The notes under the pieces are model-generated. The model was not told the DNA's origin. It did no database searches and saw only the letters and a list, made by a program, of their open reading frames with translations. DNA of 64,000 nucleotides, taken from a virus. Lineage: Duplodnaviria > Caudoviricetes. Both the position numbers and the translations under genes were made by a program. The DNA is taken from positions 352,001 through 416,000 of IMG/VR virus record IMGVR_UViG_3300021978_000001, one strand, 5' to 3'. Below, piece by piece: positions 10,173-19,524 of the stretch; the stretch's first letter is position 1, and the number at the start of each line of letters is the position of its first letter.

Positions 10173-10843
10173 TGATAGACAAGAGACACTTCGAGAGCTT
10201 CGACCACCTCACAACGCATATCCAGCGTAACGTCGATGTGCGTCTGTATGGGGATGCGTATGATGAGGGGTGGGCGCTCGGGCAAGAGCGTAACGCATCT
10301 TGTGGTAACCTCGAACTCATCTCGGTGCATCTCGAATACTACCCCGAGGACTGCCAGTACCTCAACGGGTTGTATTACTTCTTCGACTCGATTCAGGACT
10401 TGGAGCGCGAGGTGGAGAAGGATTGGTTCTGCATGAGCCGGTACATGACCCTAGAAGACGTGGAGCGAGGCTTGGAAGTCATGAACGCCTTTCGCGATGT
10501 CGAGTACACTGTGGACCTCGGGAAGGAGCGCACGGGGCTCTGGAAGGGTTTTCAGGCGCCTCCTGGAATCAGTGAAGGGACACGCGCCCGCGCAAAAGAG
10601 TTGGGGGTCCGGCGATTCAACAAGCGGACGTACTGGTCACAAGATTTTATCCTCGAAGGTGGTGAACCTTTCGAGAAGCATGTGACTTTCTACTTCCACC
10701 CGGACGTGCCTGTACGTTATGCGCTCCCAATGCGGACCCTCAAAGGGGTCGAGGCAGGGCGTGAGACGCTCGCGAGGATGAGGACGTTTCTCGACCGCCT
10801 CGAATTGATCGAGCGCTTGATCGGCACCGAGGCATACAAGTGA
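10169..10843 (+). CDS. Hypothetical protein, family A
   Basis: GLWKGFQAP and RMRTFLDRLELIERLI. Confidence 0.8.
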   Translation: MMIDKRHFESFDHLTTHIQRNVDVRLYGDAYDEGWALGQERNASCGNLELISVHLEYYPEDCQYLNGLYYFFDSIQDLEREVEKDWFCMSRYMTLEDVERGLEVMNAFRDVEYTVDLGKERTGLWKGFQAPPGISEGTRARAKELGVRRFNKRTYWSQDFILEGGEPFEKHVTFYFHPDVPVRYALPMRTLKGVEAGRETLARMRTFLDRLELIERLIGTEAYK

Positions 10844-11361
10844 CATTGATCAACGCTTTTCGACCTGCAACCTTCAAGGCGTACAGCGAGTACCACTGTG
10901 GCGGCGTGATCTCTTCGTTCGCTTATCGAGGGGGGTATCTCGGGCTTGCGGCTGATCTTTACTACGATGATCCTGTCGAGGGGGTGCATGGTTATGGCCT
11001 CACGTTGACGTGTTACAGCAAGGGACCTCCCCGGGTCCCCGCGCCACGCGATGAATGCCCCAATCAGGGGCCTCCCGAGACATGGGTCTTATACGAGTAC
11101 AAGAATCCTTTGAGCCATCTCCAGGGCTCTTTGGATCTTCATGAGCTGGACCCTGAATGGGTGCGCGGAGAGAAGCTCTTGTGGGCGTTCGGACACCTTT
11201 ACATGAAGGTGGTGGAGCAGGGTGATCTGCCCTACTGGCCGATCTTGTGGAAGCCTGAATATACCGAGAGTTTGCCGCCTTGTGTTCGTTGGTTCGAGCC
11301 TCATGACTATCACTCCTATCCCCACCTCTTGTGCAAGGATACACACCATGAGCCTAGATGA
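10840..11361 (+). CDS. Hypothetical protein, family B (MTLINAF start)
   Basis: GTGA overlap; LINAFRP matches LYNAFKP. Confidence 0.75.
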   Translation: MTLINAFRPATFKAYSEYHCGGVISSFAYRGGYLGLAADLYYDDPVEGVHGYGLTLTCYSKGPPRVPAPRDECPNQGPPETWVLYEYKNPLSHLQGSLDLHELDPEWVRGEKLLWAFGHLYMKVVEQGDLPYWPILWKPEYTESLPPCVRWFEPHDYHSYPHLLCKDTHHEPR

Positions 11362-12151
11362 TTATCCCGAATACGCGACCCTGGAGGATGCCTTCGCGGA
11401 TATGACGCGTTGCATACGCGCAGAAGATGAAGGGTTCGCGGTGTCTTACCAGGAGGCGTCACCTTATTTGCGAGAGCCTCACCTCTTGATCCAGGGGGCA
11501 GGAAGCCTCACGCCAGAGTGGTTGCTCTCCTTCGCGACGCCTTCCTCTCGAATGCTCAAGGCAGAGGGCGCTTTTTACAGCGAGTACAAGGGGGTGATCT
11601 ACGAGCCGATAACCTTGCGCTTGCATACGATTTCGATGCACAGCAGTGGGGATGGGTGCATTCTGGAGAAGGCATACCCCACGATAAACCCGCCTGTGTT
11701 CGCAGATGATAACCTTCTCGTGGAGAACCCCCCGTATGCGCTACTCCCTATTGTGCGCGCCTTGCTTTCCTGGCGTGGCCGCATCGCGCAAGGCTGGCGC
11801 ACGCTTCTCATACATGGGTTTCAGTGGCCAGGGATCGACCCTGAATTGCATCGCCGCCTGCTAGAAGAGCACGGATTTGACAATCCGAACAGCAGTTGGC
11901 AAAGGTGGAATGGAGCCTCGCTTCGGTACTCCTTTTCACAGATGGAAACGGTGTATGCGGACGAGGAACCGCAACGCATGGTGCTTTTCTACCTTTCGGT
12001 ATTTCCCGCCCGTTTCCTCCCGCCAGCGCTCGCGTTTCATACCGAGCTTCCTCTCTCCTATTCACTGGACAGGGCGGACCACGCGCTCGCCAGGATGAGG
12101 CGCGCACGCGACTTATACGCGCTTTTATTACGGACGCATTGGTCGGATTAA
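11348..12151 (+). CDS. Hypothetical protein, family A
   Basis: In-frame ATG at 11348 with AAGGA RBS; RMRRARDLYALLLRTHW. Confidence 0.75.
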   Translation: MSLDDYPEYATLEDAFADMTRCIRAEDEGFAVSYQEASPYLREPHLLIQGAGSLTPEWLLSFATPSSRMLKAEGAFYSEYKGVIYEPITLRLHTISMHSSGDGCILEKAYPTINPPVFADDNLLVENPPYALLPIVRALLSWRGRIAQGWRTLLIHGFQWPGIDPELHRRLLEEHGFDNPNSSWQRWNGASLRYSFSQMETVYADEEPQRMVLFYLSVFPARFLPPALAFHTELPLSYSLDRADHALARMRRARDLYALLLRTHWSD

Positions 12152-12153
12152 TC

Positions 12154-12182
12154 TTTACAAGACGCGCGCGTTGTGGTATCTC
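12154..12182 (+). promoter_or_regulatory. Promoter-like TTTACA-N17-TATCTC
   Basis: Intergenic; same TTTACA-N15-GG-TA layout as other promoters in window. Confidence 0.5.
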
Positions 12183-12219
12183 CAGGGAGACGGCATTCAC
12201 TCGAACCCCTGGAGGACTC

Positions 12220-13041
12220 ATGCCAGAAGTCAAACACTACGAGGACCCCGAAGGCTTTGTCCTGATGATGGGGGAGCTGCAACACGAGATCGAACGTCTC
12301 CTGGCTGCCCGCGACTTTCTGTCCAACTACAAGGTGTACCTGTTCAAGTCACCGCACAAGGTGCACCAGATCCGTGTCCAGACCAGGGAGTACCTCTACT
12401 CTTTCGAGTTTCGCCTCTCCGAGAGCGCCGTGGTTCACGTCGAGCAAGGAGAGGTGGACTTGATGGATCTGTGCGTCAGCGTGCAGGGTGGGAAGCTCCT
12501 CTCGATCGACGTCCTGAAACACGAGCGCGATATTGCGGTGTGGGAAGCGGCCTGGAAGCAGCGCATGAAAGCGGACTTGCCTTCTGAAGTGGTGACGCTG
12601 CTTCAAACGGTCATGCAAGGACTCAAGACGTATCGCGTGGCATGGTTTGGTGAGCGCTTGCTCGGCCCCTCTTCCTACCAAATGTGGAATGGCTATGACT
12701 ACCACGAGGTCACGCCTGCGTTGCACGAAGAGATCGCGGCGCTCGGGTGGAAGGCAGGCGCGTTGTTGAGCACCTGGAACAGCCGTGTTCTCGATGCGCC
12801 GTCTTCGACGTGGGCCACGACGTGGTGGGGGCGCGGTCAGGAGATGTTCCGCATCTACCATGACCTGTCTTTGCGTCCTGCATGCAGCTACGACTTCGAC
12901 CATCTTCGCTCCGAATACGCCACGGTAGATGCGCTCGACCAAGCTGTGCAACGGATCTTGCGTGAAGCGGTGTATCCTGCGCGTGCGCTCGAAGACCTGT
13001 TGACGCAGCACCGCGTGGCGAGCCAGGAGCGCGAAGCATGA
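12220..13041 (+). CDS. Hypothetical protein, family A-like
   Basis: GGAGG RBS before ATG 12220; YQMWNGYD and C-terminal helix. Confidence 0.7.
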   Translation: MPEVKHYEDPEGFVLMMGELQHEIERLLAARDFLSNYKVYLFKSPHKVHQIRVQTREYLYSFEFRLSESAVVHVEQGEVDLMDLCVSVQGGKLLSIDVLKHERDIAVWEAAWKQRMKADLPSEVVTLLQTVMQGLKTYRVAWFGERLLGPSSYQMWNGYDYHEVTPALHEEIAALGWKAGALLSTWNSRVLDAPSSTWATTWWGRGQEMFRIYHDLSLRPACSYDFDHLRSEYATVDALDQAVQRILREAVYPARALEDLLTQHRVASQEREA

Positions 13042-13700
13042 CGTTGGATGTGCATGGCTTTCGTGAACACCTTGTCCAGCTCGTGGGGGGTGAATGGGTA
13101 GGGGAGTACCTGCTCGTGGTAGAGTCACGCGATCTATTCATGCACCTTCAGGTGAGCGTCTTCGGCGGTCGCGAAATCGGTGAGAGGCTGCATCACCCTG
13201 AGATCAAGGTGTACGTGTACAATCGCTTGCGGCTCAACGACAAGGGGGAGCCTTCACTGCGATGTTGGACCCACGATGCCATGCTCACGTCGGAGGATTA
13301 CAAGAGAGACCGCGAGGATTACACCGGGGGGCAACTTCGACAGATACAGACATGGCTCGATGCCTTGCCACAAACGCCTGTGAGCTACGAGGACAAGCGC
13401 GGGACACATTTGTGGGCGTGGGCTCACCTTCCTGTCCCGGACCACACAGCGATGCTCTTACGCAGCATAGGCGCCGAACCTCTTTCTCGCGAAGATTACA
13501 CATGGCGGCATCGTCCGTTTTCGAGCCCCTGGCAGCTCGGAGAGGCTGTGTATGAGATCTTTCATGTCGCAGGTATCCCGCCCCGCTTGCCGCTGCAAGC
13601 CTGTGAACTGGGAAGTAACGAGGACGCGCGCGCGTACCTTGCCCGCGTTCGGCGCCAGGTCGATCAATACGAACTGATTCTACGAACCTTGAGGAGATGA
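13038..13700 (+). CDS. Hypothetical protein, family A
   Basis: RVRRQVDQYELILRTL. Confidence 0.8.
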   Translation: MTLDVHGFREHLVQLVGGEWVGEYLLVVESRDLFMHLQVSVFGGREIGERLHHPEIKVYVYNRLRLNDKGEPSLRCWTHDAMLTSEDYKRDREDYTGGQLRQIQTWLDALPQTPVSYEDKRGTHLWAWAHLPVPDHTAMLLRSIGAEPLSREDYTWRHRPFSSPWQLGEAVYEIFHVAGIPPRLPLQACELGSNEDARAYLARVRRQVDQYELILRTLRR

Positions 13701-13701
13701 T

Positions 13702-14409
13702 ATGCAGATGTTCCCCGATCAAAAGACGTTCTGGGAGGTCTACCTCCAACATCTCGAAGCAACCTTGCCTGAGTGGACCTTCGCCTTGAAAGTCGAGGAG
13801 GAATCTGAGACGGCGGTTTCGGAGAACCACGAGGCGTATTACATCCTGGCAAAGTCCCCGAGGTTTACCTATGACCTCCTCGTGCGCTGTGACTTTTACC
13901 ACGCCCCGAAGACCTCTACCGAGTCTCTCATGAACATGCTGGTTTTGCCCATAGGCCAGGGCGGGTGGCCGCTCACGAAGTGGTTTGCTCCGCCTGATGA
14001 CTCTGAATTGGGTATAGACATCCGGGAGGACGTGCGCGAGTTGAACGATGCCATGTCTTCCTGGAAAGCAGCGTATCAGGAGAGTGATGGTTCTGTGACG
14101 CGGTATGTGGGGTGGGCGCTTGAGTTTGACCTCGATCGCATCCACCAGATGTGTGAGACGTTCGAGGGGCAGATTATCTCAGATGCTCCGGGAGAGCGCA
14201 CGGTGGTGTGTGCTTTCGAGCACTTCGAGCTGGAGGTCTGGCCCGACAATACGTTCTTGCCCGAGTTCGTGTTCCGAGACTTGCGACCGTGCATGGGCAC
14301 AGACGCCGCGCGTGCGGGCATCCAACTTCACCGTAAAGCGGTAGACCTGTACGAGCTGATCCTTCGCACGTACTGGCCTGCCTCACCTTCCCTGGAGGAC
14401 CCCTCATGA
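13702..14409 (+). CDS. Hypothetical protein, family A
   Basis: HRKAVDLYELILRTYW. Confidence 0.8.
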   Translation: MQMFPDQKTFWEVYLQHLEATLPEWTFALKVEEESETAVSENHEAYYILAKSPRFTYDLLVRCDFYHAPKTSTESLMNMLVLPIGQGGWPLTKWFAPPDDSELGIDIREDVRELNDAMSSWKAAYQESDGSVTRYVGWALEFDLDRIHQMCETFEGQIISDAPGERTVVCAFEHFELEVWPDNTFLPEFVFRDLRPCMGTDAARAGIQLHRKAVDLYELILRTYWPASPSLEDPS

Positions 14410-15179
14410 TTTATAACGACTCTGCTTCTTTCCTGGAATCCTTTCTCGAACGCTCGGCAGATCTCGCGGCGTTGCATGGCTTGAATGGCAGGAGGGCGGG
14501 ACCTAGCTCACGGCGCCAGGGAGCTGTCATGTGGAATCGTGAGGGCACGTGCTACGAGTTCAGGCTGTTGCTCAAAGCGACCAGCGCGACGGAAGGTGTA
14601 GCGTTGCTCGCAGGGTTCTTTGTGTTGCAGAACGACGACGGGGACCCGTTGGGTGCAATCCTCAATTTCACGCACAAGCAACAGATCGAAGAACGTTCCC
14701 TTACCGTGAAAGTGGTGCAAAACGATAGTCTTAATCCCGAGCTGTTTTATCAACAGCTCGGGTACCCTGACGAGTCCTTCTTTCTTCCGGCACTCCTCAA
14801 CCTTTTCGAGTCCATCGAGCCTTGCGCCTTTCGCCATGAAGGGCGTGTGTATCACTGGGAGGGGTTCGCGCCCGATTGGAGTGCTCTGAATCAACATGAA
14901 CCTTTGCTGGTCGAGATGGGCGGGGTGCGCCTCGACGAGGATGCCCTGGATCTCGGGCTCTTTCAGGAGAGCTTGTTTCGGGTGTACCACTTCGAGTATG
15001 AGGACCATGCGTTCTACTTCGCGCCGTGCGTGCGAAAGGAGATCGCGCCGATCTTTTTGAACATCGAGACCTTCCCGAGCATGCTCAGTCCTCGTGACCT
15101 CTTGCGTCGCTACCGTAAAGCGGTGGACACCTACGAGCTGCTTTCGCGCACGATCAACACCCAGGGATCTGCTTCATGA
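14406..15179 (+). CDS. Hypothetical protein, family A
   Basis: YHWEGFAP; YRKAVDTYELLSRTIN; close paralogue of next gene. Confidence 0.85.
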   Translation: MIYNDSASFLESFLERSADLAALHGLNGRRAGPSSRRQGAVMWNREGTCYEFRLLLKATSATEGVALLAGFFVLQNDDGDPLGAILNFTHKQQIEERSLTVKVVQNDSLNPELFYQQLGYPDESFFLPALLNLFESIEPCAFRHEGRVYHWEGFAPDWSALNQHEPLLVEMGGVRLDEDALDLGLFQESLFRVYHFEYEDHAFYFAPCVRKEIAPIFLNIETFPSMLSPRDLLRRYRKAVDTYELLSRTINTQGSAS

Positions 15180-15931
15180 TTTATGAAACCAAAGCAGACA
15201 TGCTTCGAGCCCTGCAAGAGCGTCTCGAAGATGCCTTGCCTCCTGGGCTCGATGTGCGCGGTTGGGAAGCCTCCATAAGCGTGACGGGTACCTGGAGCGC
15301 GTACAGGTTTTACCTGCGCGAATATCCCTTGAGCGCGACACAGGGACTCGCGCTCCTCTCAGGTACACTGGAGCATAATGAGCCCGGGGGTGGTTACATG
15401 GCAGACCACGCGCGGATAAGCCCTATTACTCACGAACAACAGTTGCTTGAGCGTCGTGTACAGGTGGACCCTGGGGGTCGTTACGGGTACAGTGGTGATC
15501 TCTACCATGAGCTGGGGTACGGGAGTGAGCGTGACCCCTCCCGCGCCGTGCCATTGATCATGCAAGCGTGGCGTGATCCTGTGGCTTACCGCGAAGGAGA
15601 GCGCGTGTTCTATTGGGCTGGCACCAATCCCTCCTGGGATGCTCTCGATCAGCATGAGCCTTTCCTGCGCGAGATGGGGGGCGAGCGCCTCGACGAGGAT
15701 GTGTGTGATCTGGGGGCTTTCTTCGAGTATGCGTTCAGGGTGTACCGCTTCACCACGCAAGCCTACGACTTCTGTTTCGTGTTGTGCGTGCTCCCTGTCG
15801 TGCGCCCCATGTTTCGTCTCGTCGAGGAAGGGCTCTGGCTTGAGCCTCGTGAGCAGCTCCAACGCTCGCGTCGCGCTGTGGAGCTTTACGAAACACTCAC
15901 CCGGACGATTTACCCAGGAGAGATGCCATGA
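15176..15931 (+). CDS. Hypothetical protein, family A
   Basis: FYWAGTNP; SRRAVELYETLTRTIY. Confidence 0.85.
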   Translation: MIYETKADMLRALQERLEDALPPGLDVRGWEASISVTGTWSAYRFYLREYPLSATQGLALLSGTLEHNEPGGGYMADHARISPITHEQQLLERRVQVDPGGRYGYSGDLYHELGYGSERDPSRAVPLIMQAWRDPVAYREGERVFYWAGTNPSWDALDQHEPFLREMGGERLDEDVCDLGAFFEYAFRVYRFTTQAYDFCFVLCVLPVVRPMFRLVEEGLWLEPREQLQRSRRAVELYETLTRTIYPGEMP

Positions 15932-16728
15932 CCCGTCAACCGAGGACCCCTGAAGAACGTCGCCTCGGAGAGGATCGTCTCTGGTTCTCGAACCATGGCG
16001 AGCTTCGCGTGTGGTTGGAAGAGGAGCTATGGTCCCTTGTCGAGGCGGAGATCTTACCCCTGGAAAAGGCACCGCAACGCACCGAGCATGATGTGACGTG
16101 GGGCGCGCGCCAGGAGTTTTTCCTGACCATGGGAGGAGGAGGCTTTCGATTCTATGAACATGCGTATCAAGCTCATTTCTACATGGAGTGGTGGGAAGAA
16201 CACTGTCCTCGCAGCGCAAGCCTTTACAGAAAACGTGACGCGACAAACCTCCTCGAAGAGCTTGGTCAGGCGCGTCAACAAGAGGATGGTGGGCGTGATC
16301 AGGTGACGCTCACGGACTGGTTCATGCTCGAAGATCCTGATTACTTGACGCACCTTCACGCCGTGTTCGACCACTTCGCCTACAAGCCTGTGGGCATCCG
16401 GGGAGGCACGGGGAAGCAGCTCGTCATTTGCAATGGCTTCGACCCCTTCGACATGAGCGCACACTTCACAGATCTTGAAGACAAACTCGGGTGGAGGGTC
16501 GTGCCCTCTTCGGATGATGACCTTTCCATCGTGCACTTCGAGCATGGCAAGGTGTTGATCCCTCATGATGCCCGGCTCACGCCTCTCATGCACTTCAATA
16601 CCACGGAACACTGCTACGACCCGCAAGAGATCCAAAAGGTACTTGACGGGCAGCGTAAAATGCTGCAACAATTCAGGCTGTACTTGAGGATGTATCGCGA
16701 CAGGCAGAACGTCAGAAAGAGTGTGTGA
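15928..16728 (+). CDS. Hypothetical protein, family A
   Basis: ICNGFDP; QRKMLQQFRLYLRMY; similar to next gene. Confidence 0.75.
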   Translation: MTRQPRTPEERRLGEDRLWFSNHGELRVWLEEELWSLVEAEILPLEKAPQRTEHDVTWGARQEFFLTMGGGGFRFYEHAYQAHFYMEWWEEHCPRSASLYRKRDATNLLEELGQARQQEDGGRDQVTLTDWFMLEDPDYLTHLHAVFDHFAYKPVGIRGGTGKQLVICNGFDPFDMSAHFTDLEDKLGWRVVPSSDDDLSIVHFEHGKVLIPHDARLTPLMHFNTTEHCYDPQEIQKVLDGQRKMLQQFRLYLRMYRDRQNVRKSV

Positions 16729-17450
16729 TGGAACGTCAATGGTTTGACACCAGGGAAGATCTGGTCGAGTGGATGGTCGCGCAACTGCGCGCGTTGGAAG
16801 ACCAGGGCGCCTTTTTGGACGTGCGCGTCGAGTATGAGGCGAAGCGCTCTTATGCCATAAAGTTGAATCGGTACTGGGATTTGTACATCACCTCACCATG
16901 GTTCGCGGGAGATTCACACATTCAGGGTATTTCGGTGTTCCTGGAGTGGAGCCATGCGGACCATTACGAAAGTCTGGGCACGCTCGAAGAGATCGAACGA
17001 CGCCTCGCGAATGACGTGTCCGCCTCCCTGCGCTACGAAGATGTTGCGGTGATCGCGCGTCACTTCAAGGATGTGCGATGTGGCGTGCGTGAGTATGAGC
17101 ACGAAGGGTTAAAGCATGTCGCGATCTGGAACGGCTTCTCGCCTTCGGATCGCGCACAGGATTTCGCGCTGCTCGAAGAGCTTTGGGGGTGGAAGTGCCG
17201 CCCCAGTGGGTATTGGTACAAGCGCGCCGATGTAGAGGGGTTAAGCCTGGATGTCCCTCGTGATGCCTTGCTTCCCTTGCGACTTACTTTGAGCGGTGGT
17301 CTTTCTTTCACGGACCCTGACGCGTTCGAGGCGCATCTCGGGAAACAGAGACGCGTTCTGGCGCAGTGGCGCACCTACAGGCGTATGGTGAATAGAAGGC
17401 AGGACACAGAAGCAGGAGAAGCAGATGTTGGAAGCAGTGTGGAACTTTGA
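16725..17450 (+). CDS. Hypothetical protein, family A
   Basis: IWNGFSP; QRRVLAQWRTYRRMV. Confidence 0.75.
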   Translation: MMERQWFDTREDLVEWMVAQLRALEDQGAFLDVRVEYEAKRSYAIKLNRYWDLYITSPWFAGDSHIQGISVFLEWSHADHYESLGTLEEIERRLANDVSASLRYEDVAVIARHFKDVRCGVREYEHEGLKHVAIWNGFSPSDRAQDFALLEELWGWKCRPSGYWYKRADVEGLSLDVPRDALLPLRLTLSGGLSFTDPDAFEAHLGKQRRVLAQWRTYRRMVNRRQDTEAGEADVGSSVEL

Positions 17451-17805
17451 ATTTACCTGGACAGACGGGATGCAGGTCGGGCTCGTGGACTTCCGACGGT
17501 CTCGCAAGCGACGAGTGCTCACCCTCTGGAACGAAGCTCGAACACAGAAGGTCGAGTCTGTCCTGGAGATCGAGACCAACGAAAGAGGTGAGTTCTCCTG
17601 GAAACTCAAGGAGATCAGTTGGACCAAGGATACTTGGGGGTGGGGACGCACGTTGCCTCGTGTACAGACCTACGAGCAGGCGCCCGACCTCTACCGGATG
17701 ATCGTGAGCGCGCTCGACCACTTCGATGACGTCGAGATCTGCTCGCAGATTCGCTTCGGGGATAGCTTACCAGCTCCGAAGCTCCAACCCACCGTGTTCA
17801 AGTAA
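17425..17805 (+). CDS. Hypothetical protein
   Basis: AGGAG RBS; tandem run. Confidence 0.65.
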   Translation: MLEAVWNFEFTWTDGMQVGLVDFRRSRKRRVLTLWNEARTQKVESVLEIETNERGEFSWKLKEISWTKDTWGWGRTLPRVQTYEQAPDLYRMIVSALDHFDDVEICSQIRFGDSLPAPKLQPTVFK

Positions 17806-17809
17806 GCCC

Positions 17810-18379
17810 ATGTTGATCAACAGCTTCATGCAAGACATCGGATACGCGCGCGTGATCTTCGATAACGTCGAGTGGTATTATGCGCGACACCACGGCAAGC
17901 TCGGGTTCACGCGCCATTATCCCGCGTGCAAAGAGCGCTTTCTACCTGGCATACAGGAACTCTTGCCCTCTCCTGCTCGGATGCATCACTACATGCCAGG
18001 GGAAAACGTCGAGGGGCTTAGTGTCTATGCAAGTTGGTATCCGAATGATGGTGCTCACGTTGCCCGGTCCAGCGCGGTGAAGGTGTCCGATATGCGCGCG
18101 TACCTCACGCGTATCGAATGTCAGGTAGGCTTTGGTAGTGCGCATGTGCACCCCTGTTTCCAGTGGACGACGATCAAGTTTGATGTCCCTGGTGATCTCG
18201 AAGGGTTGGGTGAGAGGCAAGAAGTCCTGTACCAACAGGCGCTCGTGTGGTATGCTTTGGGGGTCCAGGGCGGGCTCTTGTTGCAGGATTTGGATGAGGA
18301 GCAACGCGAGATCGCCATCGAAATGTGCCGGTATGTGTACCACAACCATGGCTTCGATCAGGGTGCCCCTTCATGTTAA
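17810..18379 (+). CDS. Hypothetical protein, family B (MLINSF)
   Basis: In-frame ATG at 17810 just after previous stop. Confidence 0.75.
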   Translation: MLINSFMQDIGYARVIFDNVEWYYARHHGKLGFTRHYPACKERFLPGIQELLPSPARMHHYMPGENVEGLSVYASWYPNDGAHVARSSAVKVSDMRAYLTRIECQVGFGSAHVHPCFQWTTIKFDVPGDLEGLGERQEVLYQQALVWYALGVQGGLLLQDLDEEQREIAIEMCRYVYHNHGFDQGAPSC

Positions 18380-18759
18380 TCAATGGCTTCATCACGCCGC
18401 TTCTGGTGCAGAACGTCAACAACTACCTGTGGTACATCGAGGATATACGGTTGCCTGTGTGTCTGGCTGTACAGGTAGCTGGTGATGCCCTCTTTGTGCC
18501 GCATGAGGATAGCGCGCTGCCGGGCTCACGTGTCATGCATCGCACCCTGTCATGCGTTTACCCGGAGGAGGGTGCGCGCGTCGCGTGGGTGTCCGAGATC
18601 TACACCCAGGACTATACACTCTATGCGCCTTTTGCGATTCGCGAGAGCCTGGTTCAGGGGATCGAGAAGGTAGAGGCAGAAGAGACGCGAGTGTGGTTGA
18701 GAGAGACCTTGCATTGGACGCAGCGCTGTGGCTTGTCAGGAGGTTCGACATGTTATTGA
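18373..18759 (+). CDS. Hypothetical protein, family B (MLINGF)
   Basis: In-frame ATG at 18373 overlapping previous stop. Confidence 0.75.
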   Translation: MLINGFITPLLVQNVNNYLWYIEDIRLPVCLAVQVAGDALFVPHEDSALPGSRVMHRTLSCVYPEEGARVAWVSEIYTQDYTLYAPFAIRESLVQGIEKVEAEETRVWLRETLHWTQRCGLSGGSTCY

Positions 18760-19523
18760 ATGTCTTTTACAAGACCCTGTACAACACCGCCTGGGATGGG
18801 ATGCTCGACGGCTGGCGTGTGCTCTTGATCGAAATCGAAGACTACTTCCTGTCTTTCATGCAGCGTCCCTGTGTCGAGGGTGAGATGGGCTACAGGGACC
18901 TCACGGTGATGCGTAGCCTCGGGGTATCCATCTTCACCAAGAGCACAGGAAGCCTCGTGCACTTGAGTCTACGGGGGCGCTTTATCGAACCTTGCCCGGG
19001 CTTTATGGAGGTACGCCTTCCTACGATGTATCGTGAGCGCGCCAAGGGCGCGTGGCCCAGCTTTATCGAAGAAAGAGAAGCCTCTATCCTCGACATCTTC
19101 TTTACCCCTGATGATCCTTACGCCTTCACCGTGCGTATCGTGGACCCCCCGAGCATCTTCCCTATCCCTGCCGGGATACCAGACGCCACCAAGCCGTGGA
19201 AGACCACGACGCGTGGTCATTACAAGGGAAGAATAGGAGGTCAAAACATCGAGCTGGTGTGGGTCGAGAGCGATCGACATTGGGAGCTTCGCTCCGTCAA
19301 ATATTCCGGGGCGTTCCAGGCGCAAGCCATGGCCTGGGAGGGGCTGCGAGAACCGACAACCCGGGCCATGTATCTCACCCTCTGTATGGCTTATGTCTCT
19401 CTTCCCAATCAATCCCAGGGGATGAAGGAGACGCGACGCGATGCTCTGGCGATGTTCAAGAGAGACTTCGAGGATTTCCAGACTGCGTTCAAGTTACTTG
19501 ACAAGCGCGAAGGGAGAACGTGA
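18750..19523 (+). CDS. Hypothetical protein, family B (MLLNVF)
   Basis: AGGAGG RBS before ATG 18750. Confidence 0.8.
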   Translation: MLLNVFYKTLYNTAWDGMLDGWRVLLIEIEDYFLSFMQRPCVEGEMGYRDLTVMRSLGVSIFTKSTGSLVHLSLRGRFIEPCPGFMEVRLPTMYRERAKGAWPSFIEEREASILDIFFTPDDPYAFTVRIVDPPSIFPIPAGIPDATKPWKTTTRGHYKGRIGGQNIELVWVESDRHWELRSVKYSGAFQAQAMAWEGLREPTTRAMYLTLCMAYVSLPNQSQGMKETRRDALAMFKRDFEDFQTAFKLLDKREGRT

Positions 19524-19524
19524 C

